A stretch of 64,000 nt of DNA from Saccostrea cucullata (lineage: Eukaryota), in contig NW_026929709.1 in NCBI RefSeq assembly GCF_032062105.1, positions 248,001 to 312,000 of the forward strand, given 5' to 3'. Position numbers and translations under genes: made by a program. Of the stretch, positions 26,101 to 39,417 are shown one piece after another (the stretch's first letter is position 1; every line of letters starts with the position of its first letter). The notes under the pieces were generated by a model. The model was not told where the DNA came from. It searched no databases and saw only the letters and a list, made by a program, of their open reading frames with translations.

Positions 26101-29100
26101 TCTTACATAAAAGGTTTCGAATTTTTTCATCATAATATATCTTCAAGTTGTATAAAGTTTGAATTAAAATGGAGACGTTATATTGTGAACATCTGATAAA
26201 GAAAAAAACATAAAGAGGGCATCAGACACTCTTTAGGAAGAGACTGAAATGTCTATTAGAAGACATGTGATATTTTTATCACTCTGCTTTTTAACGTCAA
26301 AACAGTTCATATAACTATGAACCATATGATATATATCGTACAGTCCTATAGGAAGCCATTTCAGTTAAATTGAGGAGGGTATCACAATTTAGCAGAAATT
26401 CATAACAAGCAATATTATTTACTAAAGGTCAACTTTCCCCTCGGGGGCAGAACCTAAATACGCTTTTTTCCAATTGTATTGCATTAAAAGGTAATACAAC
26501 CAAATTGTTTTCTGAAATGAAGTATATTGGAAAGTTATTACCTCTTCCCGTGTCCCAAGTTCCTATGAACTAGTGTTAAGAGTTTTTACAGCTATAATAT
26601 ATAAACATTGCATGTAGTTGAGTGTAACATTGAAAATTTTCACCCCAAGAAAACTTTTGTCAACCGAGGCGCAGCCGAGGTTGACAATGGTTTTCTTGGG
26701 GTATTTTATACTGAATGTTTTAAACAAATATATATAACAGTGAAACGTGCGCGCATAAATTCTGCACAGTCGCTATTTTTAGGAATATCACCCGTCGTCA
26801 AGCAATGTTGACTGTTGCTACGCTGAAGAGCGTGGCTTCATTATTCAGCGGGTAATAGTGTTTTTTAATGAATGTTTCTCCACCAATCAGATTCAACTAA
26901 TTTACATGAAAGTATAATATTGTTAAATACAGATCAGAAATAAAGTTGTCGTCTGTAAACTGACTGATTGAGAATTGAAGATGAAGAATCGCAAAGTAAG
27001 GGACTGATCCCTACGTCGCAGGTTCGAATCCCACAGTGAGACGCTTGGTCCTTCAGATGAGACCGTATAAATCGAGGTCCCGGGACTCAGTAGTTGCAGG
27101 CACGAAAAAGATCCCCCACTGTTCTATCACCGTACGTGCTGAGTATATGACAGAATTTTCTGTTCATTATCCTTATCTTTTTAATTACGATAGAAAATCA
27201 ATAGGAAAAAATATGTAAAAAGTGCCGAGACTGTGCAAAGAACTACGACTACGTCCTGGTGTATAAAACCTGTGTGATAGAAGTGCAGAATCGTAAATGT
27301 GAAACAATTGTAAGACGACGAATTATGTGCCTGATATTACGTATACTTACCTAAATTGGATTTTCATAAAATTTGTGATTACATTGCTTGTTTATAAGAT
27401 ACATGAACTGTCATCAGTTAGTGAAGTCTATTTTAAAATTCTTACCTTTTGCAGTGTTATTTGTTGGTGGGGTTTCTGTGCAAGAGGTCTGGCTGCTAGA
27501 ATTGCCAGCTTTTGCAGTGTTATTATTAGTTGTTGAAGTGCCGTTTTCGGTAGTTGTTGTAGTGCTATCTCTGGGAGGGCCTGATCTAGGATTCTTGTAC
27601 GTTGTAGTGCTGTCTTTAGAAAGGGCAGGTCTATTATTCTTGTAGGTTGTATTTGTGCTTCCCGGAGAGGAGCTCGGGCTAGCATTCTTGTTGGTTGTTC
27701 TAGTGCTGTCCGTAGAAGAGCTGAGGCTCTGATTCGTGTTGGTCGTTCTAATGCTACCAGAGGAAATACTCTGACTATGATTCCTGTAGGTTGTTCTAGT
27801 GCTAAACGAGGAATAGCCCAGGCTATGATTTTTGTAATTTTTTGTGCCGTGTGTGGAATAAACCAGACTGTGGTATTTTTTGGTAAATGTAGTGCCTTCT
27901 TTAGAAAAGCTCGTTTTGGGATACTTGTAAACGGTTGTAGTACTCTCTGTTGAAGATCTCGGGTTATGATCTTTGTTTGCTGTTGTAGTACTCTCTGTTG
28001 AAGATCTCGGGTTGTGATCTTTGTTAGCTGTTGTAGTACTCTCTGTGGAAGATCTCGGGTTGTGATCTTTGTTAGCTGTTGTAGTACTCTCTGTGGAAGA
28101 TCTCGGGTTGTGATCCTTGTTAGCTGTTGTAGTACTCTCTGTGGAATACCCCGGACTTTGGTACTTGTAGTTTGCAATAGTGCTGTTTGTGGTAGAATCG
28201 ATTGTCGAGTTATGATCCTTATCAGTTGTTGAAACGGTATTTTTGTTTGGATTCGTAGTTTGTAACTTGCCAGAAGTTATGCCACCTTTTCCTGAACACG
28301 CTTTTTTATTCTCGTTGCTGAATGTGTTTAAGAGGAGTTTAGTTGTGCAGTTCTCATTAATGGTTACTCCACATGTGATTGATATATTCTGATTCGCTGA
28401 AAAGAGATATAATCCAGTAAAAGGGTTTATTTCATTACCTACTTTAATTGACATTTATTAATTAGGATAAGTGAATCTAAATCACAGCTATATCTATTAA
28501 TGAATTAGAATATATAAAATATTGTTTATTTCAAACGGCCTACCAGACCTTTGTGCGTTACCGCGGCGGTTTTGGATTTAATACTTTCTTCTTTTTAGGA
28601 ATAAATCAAAACTGTTTTAGGCAATAGTTTTCCTATGTTAGTTGAAAAATCTAATATAAAAATGTTATATGATATGCTGAATTTGATAGATTTCTTTTTT
28701 ATTCTTTGAAATTCTAGAATCAATTCTAACTTTGACAATGAACTGTTTAATAAGTGATTAACATATTTTTACTGCAAGATAAAATGTAGCTCTATCCTCT
28801 TTATATTACAATTCCACTCTAACTGCATAGCTGTACGAAAAAAGTAAAGCATACAGGCTTTTATAAATTGTAAGGACAAACTATTAATAAATGATTTTTA
28901 ATAAACACAAGTCATTTAATCTGAAAGTTCATAATATTTTTTTACAACTAAAAGGAAGAAAATTAAGCAATTATCTTTACTGTATCATTTATAATAACTC
29001 CCTATAAGTTTATATCTTACACACAAATCCAATCCAGAATCGAGCTGAGGAAAAACTTCCAGTTCTGTAGGAAAGGAAAACCGTATTTGTCAGGTTAAAA

Positions 29101-32100
29101 ATGTTAACTATTTGATATTTGTTGTTGTTTTCGTATGTTATCTTGTATTCTGATTCCTTGCAGCCCTTGGCCTCTTTAAAAACAATGCTGGCATTTTCCG
29201 CTAACTTAATGTCAATAGCTACCACTTGTATAGGAATTGCTGCATCACTGACTTCAATTTGACACCACTCCTCGTCGTTAGAGTAGGTGGTGTCACACGG
29301 ATACCCAGCCGACTGCAGATAAACACTTTGTCTTCCTTTCAAACTTTTATTACTTGATTGCAAAACTGCAATTTTGCTTTCTAAAAAGATATAATATAGT
29401 CCTTTTCATTAACTTTATTAATTTATGAATTCCTGACTAAATATGAATTCCCCAAAATATCATCAATATAATATAATCTAAGAGCACAATCGACTCCCTT
29501 GTCTTCTAACTTTTTATACAACATGTACAAAGAAATAATTTTATCAAATAATGATTAGTAAATTCAATTCTTTCTGAATGTATTGTGGTGATGCATGTTC
29601 ATTGTCATCTTGAGCTGGCATTTTGATAAGGCAGAACTCTATATACCACTCCGGTTTCACAGGTAGGGGACTGATAATTAAAGCTGATGCCGATATTTTA
29701 AAGGTAAATAAAACTTCTGCTATTTACTACCTGGATCGGACATAACTTGAGGGACTTTTATTCTTAAAAATGTCGGTTAAAAAAAATTCTCAAGCGAATA
29801 CTTGTCATTGAATCAAGTATGATTGCTAAAATAAAATGTATTGAAATAAACACGACACCTACTTTTAATGCAGAAGTAATCCACTATCATGTAGTTGTTT
29901 TCTAGGGGATATACGGTATTGTTACATCCGACACGCATCCATGGTGTTCGGACTGGTGACGGACATTTCTGATATCCATTACACACACTTTGAATTTCGT
30001 AAGTTAGTGAATCATTTGTGTTATGGTACGTCGCGTTACAGTCTCTCTCCTGATCCACCGTACAGCATCTCTCGTGATATTCAGAGTTAATTCCTGAGGA
30101 CATAACATCAGAACAGTTCTTGGTTAATGGCTTGGCGGCTGCTATCACTGAAGACACTGCTATTGAACTATCATCACTTGTACAGTTAAATTGGAAGTCA
30201 ACATATTCGTCCGCAACTCCATAGCAAGAGCTCTCATAGAATTTTGGTTCTGGTAAAATATGTGAAGAATATTCTCCAACAGCAGTACTTTCTCCTATTT
30301 AAATAAATGATTTACAATTAACTTGATTCATACAAGTAAATTTTATTAAGAGTGCATTCAAATTAAACGTGTTTCTTGAATAATAATAAAAAAGTGGTAT
30401 AAACAAAAAGCAATATATTTCATTTTTTTAATGCGCAATGAAATGTTAACCAATATTGCAAAACACTTCCTTTAAGTATTATAATCAGTGTCTCTGATTT
30501 CTAAAACTATAGTTACAAGTACTATACTGTATTGTACTGTACAGCTTTTTTTTCAAATTGATTGAGAAACTTGCCGGCGTACTTATTATGAGGACATTGT
30601 AATTTGATTATGTTAACATGCAACATGTTTGTCAACTTCCTTCAAATCAACATGCAACTTATATTTCAACATGCAAGATGTTATAAAATACTGTTGAAAG
30701 TCAAAAACATACATTGCACGTTGACCTAATTAATTTACATGTTGGCATAATTAATTTAATTGTAATGTAAAAAGAATTATCCTTAAGTTTGCATGAATAA
30801 GTTGCATGTCTGCATAACTGTCTTGCATGTCGATAAAAATAAGTCACATGTCTACATAATTACATATCATGTTATATGATTCAGTTGCACGACAAAATAA
30901 TTCTGTTGCTTCTTGGTTTTAAGGCATACTGGTTTAATAGCGATAGTTAGTAAGTTATTAACATTGAAATAAGATTCTTTAACGAGATTAGTAACTTGCA
31001 TGTAGCATAACAATTTTGCATGTTAACATTAATAAGTTGTATGTCTATATTATCCTATTATAATGTAGTGTTAACAAATTGAAGGTATAATTGTGCCACC
31101 ATAGTTTTGTTGTATATTGTATTACTCATATTTCTAACACTTTCCACAAACCCGTTTTGAATAAGAATAATGATTAAATTTTATCTGCCAGGAAGTGTAC
31201 CTTTTCAAACTTGATAAATTGGAACTTAAAGACAATGCATGTACAATTTATAACAAATATAAGTTTTCTTTGAGAAAACAAATACACAATTCTATTATAT
31301 ATGAAGAAAGACTCGGACCTTTTATCTGACATATAATAAGTAACAATAGCTAACTGACTACATTTTGGGCAAAGTAGCTTTACCAAATTATAAAAATAAT
31401 TAAAACAGCTTAAAACATGATATATAAAATACTTTTAATATTTTTTTTAATAACTCATCAAAAACAGTATAAAAAGACCATCAAATTCTGTCGATAACTA
31501 CTAGTATTTACATTGAATATACAAATTTGAACCCCGGTTTGTCGCATAAGGTTTATATTTGAGTTCCATGCATACAGTCCACAACGCTCACACGAGTAAC
31601 TTTGCCCTGCTGTTCAGAGTCCCCCCTTGTGGCCTCAACCTACACCAGGGAGCCATGACTTGAATAATTCATATTCTACACTACCCCAACACGCTTCAAA
31701 ATAAGTTTCGGCTCTCTCGGTCCAATTGTTCTTGAGAATATTTTACGACCCAACCTTATTTTTGCAGTATCTTGATTATCCCGAATGTAAGGTGGTTTGT
31801 CCTGTATTTACATGTAAGAATCCCCTTTACTCAGAGATGAATTGTACCAATTTTGGTGATACCTCACCCATTTTTTCCTGAGAAGATGTTGAAAACGTAA
31901 ACAGTTTACAGACAGACAGATGGACACTAGCTTATAATAGACTATGGGTGAATAGAGAAAAAACTCACTTGAGTTTTGAGCGCAAAAGTAGAAATTTTAA
32001 AGACATTAAAAATATATAAGACAGTCATTAATTTCTTTGAAATCTGAAAGTCCGCACTATTTCCATTTAGTGTGTGCGTTATGGCAACGCACTTTGAGAA

Positions 32101-33484
32101 AAAAAACGCATTTTGAATTTTTTAAAAGTGCATTAAAACTGATACAAAACCAACGCACTTAGAATTTGTTCATAGTACGTTAAATATGGGACAAAATCTA
32201 ATGCATTGATCTACCATCATCGAGAAAAAGACAAGTAGAAGACTCCTCGGGCAACCTCTTTATCTTTCCTGCCAACATGTATGTATTTACGAAATTAGAG
32301 TATATAAATAAAGTAGATGAAGAAATTGAGGTATATTTTCCTGAAGAAAAAAAAAGCATTGGGTTATATTAATGAAGAGTGGATGAGGCACCATATCACT
32401 GATCTAAGCAACAGTCCCCAAAGTAACTGTATTTTGGCCAAAGTAGCTTAGAATACTAAATAGAATACACAATAATAGTATAAAATGTATTGATAATTAT
32501 TTTTCCTCTTTACACTTACCAAATAACTTTTTCAAAGAGCTATCATGTTGTGCGGAAATAAACAATTTTATTTAGGCCTCTCAAATAACGATAAAAAGAT
32601 CCTCCTATTATATATACAGGAAAATTATTTTTATTGTGCGTACAAACTTGGACCCCATTTTGTCGCATTTCTCGTACATGTATCCTTCAGGTCATATTTG
32701 AAAAAAAGTACAAAAAAACTTAATAGGTAAAAAAGGTAGTCCTTGGTGAATTGAATTTTAATATTTAGTTCTTTTAAAATTGAAAGTCCATGTTCATTGT
32801 CATCATACTTACAAAAGGCATTGGAGCCCGGGGATGGTAAAGGAGTCGGTTAAGCCCCCTACCCCACTTTTTTGCAAAAGATATACATAATATACGCATT
32901 TGCAAGAATATTGACCAAACCGTGCATATTTTTCAGAAGTGCATTAATATGGTCGTACTATATAAAAATGCGTTTACTTTCTTCTAAATTTAAGGAACTT
33001 TTAAAAAATTCGAAATGCGTAATTTTTTTAAATTGCTTTATATCAGTTAGATAATAACGTACTTTGAAAATAAATTCTTTTTCTCAAAATGCGTGAACTT
33101 GGTCCCACATATAATGCGATTTGAAGATTTTTTTCAAAGTGCGTTTTTTAGCTAGTGACTTGATTTAATGCACATGTGGATGATACACGACTTTTGGGGA
33201 CTTTTTTTTACTTTAAAAATAGTAGTTTTTTATTTAAGGTAGACATTGTAATTATGACAATATGTTGTTTCGAATATTTTGTTGCAAAAGTGCAAAACAT
33301 AAAAACACATCAAACGTATACAATAGAGAATGCACAATATAAAGCCAATGGCATCTTACATGTACTAAGTCATCTCAAACAGTAAAGGATTCCGTAATTT
33401 TGCAAGATCATAATTAAATCTGATAAAGTTGTTAAATTTTTACATACCTGCAAACCAGTAAATAATTACAAGTAATCCCAACAT
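23126..33484 (-). CDS. Gene D: paralogue with a long mucin-like repeat stalk, about 717 aa, 6 exons
   Basis: Exons 33484-33448 (MLGLLVIIYWFAG), 30294-29863 (LPEPKFY...CYG...IAVSSV...RCC...DC...VCNGYQKC...DYFCIK), 29380-29021 (VYLQSAGYP...WCQI...IDIKL...RFWIGFV), 28396-27446 (S/T-rich 16-aa repeats), 25064-24976 (TM LWWIALIIGFPALIMIGGIVY, KYKKRQRK) and 23410-23126 (poly-K, stop). GT-AG introns, phases 1,1,1,1,0, 2154 nt in total. Confidence 0.85.
23810..24851. mobile_element. Tc1/mariner-type MITE in the last intron of gene D
   Basis: Perfect 33-bp TIRs CAGGGTGTTTCACAATATATGTCACACATCTAA, with TA on both sides. Confidence 0.88.
25787..26087 (+). mobile_element. tRNA-headed SINE, apparently full length
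   Basis: A-box TGGCGCAGTGG, B-box GGTTCGAGTCC, body GGTCCTTCGGATGA...GAGGTCCCG and an (AAAC)n tail. Related copies at about 27015-27150, 55070-55320 and 60310-60360, and a reverse copy at about 44110-44405. Confidence 0.75.
27930..28145 (-). repeat. 48-bp coding tandem repeat (RSSTESTTTANKDHNP), about 4.5 near-identical copies within a longer degenerate array
   Basis: GAAGATCTCGGGTTGTGATCTTTGTTAGCTGTTGTAGTACTCTCTGTG is repeated inside exon 4 of gene D. Confidence 0.92.
31600..31985. repeat. Degenerate Helentron/HINE-like fragment in intron 1 of gene D
   Basis: Ends with GAGAAGATGTTGAAAA...AGTTTACAGACAGACAGATGGAC...CTCACTTGAG, a microsatellite-plus-terminus layout typical of such elements. 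Confidence 0.45.
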
Positions 33485-34087
33485 TGTCAACGTACTTTTC
33501 TCATGGTGGTTTAAAAAAATAAGTGGAGTTAAAACCCTTAAACATATGAGTTTCTGATAAGTACCTTATCTTTCAATGTATTGAATATTTAATCAGCACA
33601 GATATTGATTATTTTTTACTGTTTTTACTGGTTATCAAAAATTCTAACTTTGTTCGACAGGGTGTTAATTGATTCTTAGTATGCTTGTGCATATACTGCT
33701 CAGGCGGATTAAGAAAACGATACATTCCACTTATGTCAAGCTATATGTACATGGATATCCGAGCAAGTTACAGCATTAGATAATTATGATCTTAAACATA
33801 TCTCAATGGCTAAGCCTAGCCTTCAATACTTAAATATAGGTGCAATGAAAGCACAGCTCAATTGTTTTGTTATTTATATATAGTATTATATGATTCTAAC
33901 TGCTATATATTGAAACTTAATATTCCGTACTAAGTGAAATAAAAAAAATTAAGAATATTGCATTTCTAAGTAAATATTTACAACTGTGCTCACTTACATA
34001 ACTCTAAAAAAATGTTGATTGTTTTTCCCATGCTTACGACTAAATGCTAATAAAGCCAAGTGCCTAATATAGATGTCGATCTCCCTC

Positions 34088-34225
34088 GGCCGTGCCCGGG
34101 TAGTCCAGTGGTAGAACTCTCGCTTCTGACCGCTGCAATCCGAGTTCAATAGATCTGATCGACATTAGTTGTTTGTGAGAGGTAGTCGCTTGGACAAGTG
34201 GGTTTTCTACGAGGTTTCTCCCACA
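34088..34225 (+). mobile_element. tRNA-headed SINE fragment of a second family (V-domain-like)
   Basis: TAGTCCAGTGGTAGA (A-box), GAGTTCAAT (B-box-like), then GTGGGTTTTCT...GGTTTCTCCCAC. Confidence 0.5.
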
Positions 34226-34756
34226 GCATGACGTTCACAGAAATAGTATTCACAATCCAGTAAATGGAATTGGACAGCAGACAAAGTCTAAAATTGCCCT
34301 CTCCCTGTGTCCACAGAAATGTCCCCTCGTGCAACATCCGTGCAAAGGACCTCATTTGAGACAAACTTTCGAGCTTAAATGAGGAATACTTAGTATAATA
34401 AACGTGCATTGACACATTTACGTATATTGTAGACATGTATAGAGAAAAAATACATACTCTTTTCCCATATTGCATCTTATATAAGCCGGAGACACCAATA
34501 CATTTATCAGTCAGAGGGCCGAAGGCTCTAGGACTGACATTGATCGAGGGCTGATACACGATGTGATGTAGAAAAGGATATGTTTTATTTTGTTTATTAC
34601 ATACTCAGTATACAATTATAAAATACAGAGCACATCAACTTGAGAAATAAATAATCATGGACGGATTTCTAACATGTACATAGCTTACTGTTTTTGTTGA
34701 TTTATGCTTCTTTTGAGCATTAGTTGGTGATAGAAACTTAATATTACACCTGTAAC

Positions 34757-35965
34757 ATGGCCTCAGACGCCGAAAAAGGGAAAAAGAAGAGTAAGAAGAG
34801 GAAAAAGTTGTCTAACTCTGTGAATTCCGATGTAAGTGACAATGAGGGTAGCTTGGCGCCATTGGTCAGTGATGTCATAAACGAGGTAAACAAAGTACTT
34901 TATGGTGAATCTTTCCAAATACCTATACCTACCTCTGATCAAATACCTATACCTACATCTACACGGACATCTGAATTGCCATCCCCACTGAGTGCTAATC
35001 CACAGAAACATATAGTAACCTTTGTTGATGTACAAGCTAGACTTGTTGTCCTACAGAAAGAGACAGAATCGACAAATCAAAAGCTGGACTTCATCACTAG
35101 AAAATTGTGTAAACTGGATAAGATCGAGTCCAAAATGGGGGAGCTTGAAAAATCTGTCAGAAGTCTGAAGTACCGGGTGGAAGATGTTGAAGAGAAGAAT
35201 GGAGACATTGAGAAATCTGTCAAATTCTTATCCGACAAATTCGACAAATATGAGAGTGACAATTCACATCTTACTACATTGTCGAGTCAGATTCAGACAA
35301 AACTAAGGGACCATGAAAAACATTTACTTGATATGCAGAAATATGTGAAAGATCTTAAACATTCCCAGGATGTTGCATCTGCTGGAGCCAATAAAACACA
35401 AACAGAGTTAAACAGACATGCCAACATGATACAAAACATGGCCCAGAACCTAGATCAAGTGAGAAGGGTCAACAAGCAGACAGATGAGCATATTACTGAC
35501 CTACAATACCGCTCAATGAAGATGAACCTGATATTCGACAATTTGGGGTACGAAAGTAAAGAAGAAGACCTTTACTACAAATTGAAGTGCTTCCTATCCA
35601 ATGAAATGGGTATCCATAGGCATATAGAGTTCATTAACATCCACAGATTTGGGCGTCACCGTCGAGGATATAACAGACCTATTGTAGCAAGGTTCTTATA
35701 TCAAGGTGACCTTGACTTGTGCCTCAAGCAGTCATCACGCCTGCGATCAACTCCATACCGAGTGTATAGGCAATATCCATCAGCCATGGCAGAAAAGAGG
35801 CGTTGTCTAAAGCCGATAATGAACAGACTGTGGGAAGAAGGTGACAGAGTAAAACTGGTGCGTGACAGACTGTATGTTAACGGAGAACTATATGAGGGTG
35901 ACGAGGCCCAGTGGTACGATGAGGAGGAGAACTCCGAACCCGATGTTGAGACCATGGAAAGATAG
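34757..35965 (+). CDS. LINE ORF1 (basic N-terminus, coiled coil, RRM-like and C-terminal domains)
   Basis: 402-aa open ORF with a heptad-rich middle; IHRFG...RPIVARF...QYP...LVRDRLYVNG motifs resemble L1-type ORF1 proteins. Confidence 0.85.
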   Translation: MASDAEKGKKKSKKRKKLSNSVNSDVSDNEGSLAPLVSDVINEVNKVLYGESFQIPIPTSDQIPIPTSTRTSELPSPLSANPQKHIVTFVDVQARLVVLQKETESTNQKLDFITRKLCKLDKIESKMGELEKSVRSLKYRVEDVEEKNGDIEKSVKFLSDKFDKYESDNSHLTTLSSQIQTKLRDHEKHLLDMQKYVKDLKHSQDVASAGANKTQTELNRHANMIQNMAQNLDQVRRVNKQTDEHITDLQYRSMKMNLIFDNLGYESKEEDLYYKLKCFLSNEMGIHRHIEFINIHRFGRHRRGYNRPIVARFLYQGDLDLCLKQSSRLRSTPYRVYRQYPSAMAEKRRCLKPIMNRLWEEGDRVKLVRDRLYVNGELYEGDEAQWYDEEENSEPDVETMER

Positions 35966-38900
35966 GATCTTGCGGTCGCGGGACCGATTTCAAAATGCAA
36001 TGACTTGGACACTATCCGCGGCCTTAATCCGCTCCGGGTACTTTCTTGGAACATTGGCAAAGGACTCAAGAACAAGCAAACAGAAAGTGAATTTATTGAT
36101 ATAGTTAATTCAGCAGATGTGGTTTGTGTTTCTGAAAGTTGGATAACAGAAAATGATTGTAACATAATTTTTGTAGATGGTTATGAATCACTTAAATTTC
36201 CTCGTAAGACTGGTAGAGGAGGTGGTTTAGTTATATTTATTAGAAAAGAAATATTTAAATATGTCTGCTTATTAGAAAATATCTCTGATACTATAGTAGT
36301 GTTAAAACTAAATCATGTTCAGCTCAATGGTAAACCTATATACCTTATTTTCTGTTATTTTCCTCCCCATGGAAGTGTTTTCTATGAGCGAGAGGAAATT
36401 GACTTATTCCAATGCTTATATGATCTTCTTGTTAAATATAGTACTTATGGTCATATATTTATATCGGGTGATTTCAATGCCAGATGCGGAGAAAATGATG
36501 ATTATATCACCAATGATAATATTAATGAAAATATTACAGATACATTACAACCTTTCTACTTATATACTTCTGACATTTGTAACATTGAAAGAAAAACACA
36601 AGATAAATGTATTAACCATTATGGTAGACAATTGTTAACATTATGTAGAAGTGTAGGTTTACGAATAGTTAATGGTAGACATCCCGATGATCTTAGTGGT
36701 AGTGTAACATTTTGCAGTACAAATGGAACAAGTGTTATTGATTACCTTCTATGTGAACAAGATATGATACAGAATATTGAAAAATTCAATGTTGGTACAT
36801 TTAATACTCTCTCTGATCATTCCCCATTACTCTTCCATGTAAAATGTGATAAAAGTAATTTCGGTAACACAAAAGAATGTACAGATATAAGTAGGAATGT
36901 TCGGACTGTAAGTAAAATTGTAAAATGGAACGAAGCGAACTGTACTGAAATTACAAACGCTCTCCAACATAATATGTCAGAGTTGATGAACATTGTTAAT
37001 ACACCTATATGTAATCAGAATGAGGTAAATAGTTGTGTTAAATCCTTTTGTGATGTTATTAACAACATTGTGTTACCTCAGTGTGATAGACGAACTCCCA
37101 GCAGCAATGGAATAAGATATAAGAAAACTGAAGATAAACCATGGTTCAATGATGAGTGTAAATCAAAATATATGGAATATAAGAACGCACTTCATAACTC
37201 TAATAAGTGTAAATCTACAGAAAATCACCAATCTTTGATTCACTATAAAACAATTTATAAAAAGTATGAAGATAAATGTAGGAAGTATTATAAGAGATAT
37301 GAGGGAAATTTATTTGAATATTTAAGGAAGAACAATCCTAAACACTTTTTTAAGCTTTTCTCAAAAGATAAAAAATCATGTACTGATAGGTCAATATCTA
37401 TTGATGAGTTTGTGGAATACTTTCAAAATTTGATGGATGATGATCATAGAAGTTTTGATGAAAGGGATCAACCGTCAAATAATGATATAACAGGGGATGA
37501 TATCGGGGGAAGAAGTATATGGAGCAATTAACAAATTAAAGCGCAATAAGAGTTGTGCAGAAGATTGTATGTTGAATGATTTTTTCATTACATGTAAAAG
37601 CCATATTATACCATGTCTAGTTAAACTTTTTAATTCTATATTTAGTACTGGGTATTTTCCAGAATCGTCGGCTCAAGGTTACATAGTCCCTGTATTCAAA
37701 AAGGGGGACCCCAATGACCCCAATAATTATAGAGGTATCACATTGACTAGCTGCTTAGGTAAACTTTATACATCTGTCTTAAATAGTCGTCTATTAAAAT
37801 GGGATTTGGAAAACTCTATATTATCAGATGATCAGTTTGGTTTTAAACCAGGTTTCTCTACTACTGATGCCATTTTTGTTTTACATACAATGATTACCAG
37901 ACAATTAAGTCGCAGAGGTGGAAGACTATATTGTTGTTTTATATACTATAAAAAAGCATTTGATTTTATAGATAGGAGCAGCCTGTGGGTTAAGTTAATA
38001 AAACAGGGCATTGAAGGAAAACTATTAAAAACAATAAAATCACTATATACCATTGTTAAATCATGTATTAAGTCAAATGGTGTGATGTCTGAATTTTTTG
38101 AAAATAGAGTTGGTCTATTACAGGGTGAGGTGTTATCACCAATATTGTTCTCTCTTTTCGTGAATGATTGTGAATTACATTTTATAAGAAACAACTGTCC
38201 ATCTTTTGAGTTCAATTTACTCAACATGTTCTTGCTTATGTATGCTGATGATATGGTACTAATGGCTGAATCTGCTGATTCACTGCAGAAATTGTTAGAC
38301 TCTTTACTTTTATATAATCAAGAATGGAAGTTGAAACTTAACACTGAAAAAACAAAAATTGTTGTGTTTAGAAATCAAGGAAATGTAAAGATATCTGAAA
38401 AATTTATGTACGAGGATAAAGAACTTGAAATTGTCAATGAATTCAATTACCTAGGTATGCTTTTTAATTATAATGGGAAATTCAATATCACTCAGAAGCA
38501 TGTTGCCGATCAAGGTCGGAAGGCATTTTTTGCAATTAACTCAAGAATGAATAATTATTATCTAAACATAGAAACAAAATGTGCAGATTTTGATACATAT
38601 GTGAAAAGTGTTTTGTCATATGGAGCTGAAATATGGGGTTTCCACAAGGCTAAAGATGTTGGAAAAAATTCATAGTAATTTTTGTAAGAAAGTCTTGGGT
38701 GTGAAATTATGTACTCCAAACAATATGGTATATTATGAATTAGGCAGATTACCTTTGTATCTTTTAAGGAAACTTCAAATTTTGAAATATTGGCTTAAAC
38801 TTAAAAATACAAACAACTGTATATTGAAAGCTTGTTATGAAGAAAGAGTAAGGAATAATGACAAATGGTTTACTGAAATTAAGAATGAATTTGATAAGCT

Positions 38901-39417
38901 TGGTTTAAGATATCTCTTGTTTCAAAACTTTGACACTCGTAGAGAATATGTTATTGTTAAGCAAAGATTCCTTGATGTGTATAGTCAAGAAATCCTTCAT
39001 AGTATTAAGATGTCTACTAAAGGAAAGTTGTATCAACATTTTATAGACCATTTTTGTTTACAGAATTATTTATCAAAACCTATTAAACATGCATACAAAA
39101 AATGTATTACAAGCTTTAGACTGTCTAGTCATAAATTACGGGTAGAAGAAGGTAGATATGTTAATGAAAACAGAATTAACAGAAAATGCTTATTATGTGA
39201 CTTAAATGATGTAGAAGATGAATTCCATTTTATATTGAAATGTCCTATTTATCAAGATCTCAGAATCCAATATATAAAACAGTATTATTTTAAGAAACCT
39301 AGTGTCTTTAAATTAATTCAACTGTTAAGTGTACAAAATGTTAAAGAAATGTCTAAATTGGGAAAATTTTTGTTCATTGCTTTACAACGAAGAAAAGATT
39401 TATTAAACTGTTCATAG
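35966..39417 (+). pseudogene. LINE ORF2 (APE endonuclease-reverse transcriptase), broken by two frameshifts
   Basis: APE motifs SWNI, VSESW, GDFNAR, SVIDY, SDHSP; RT motifs YRGITL, QFGF, QGEVLSP, YADD, YLG; C-terminal CLLC...EDEFHFILKC. Frameshifts at about 37500 and 38662. Motif A reads FIYYKKAFD where FxDxxKAFD is expected. Confidence 0.9.

Noticed and set aside
27428-28232. 249-aa alternative-frame ORF and antisense ORFs over the mucin exon
   Set aside because: By-products of a stop-poor 48-bp repeat; splice phase supports only the S/T-rich frame.
34763-38227. Antisense and alternative-frame ORFs inside the LINE
   Set aside because: No recognisable motifs; expected shadows of long ORFs.
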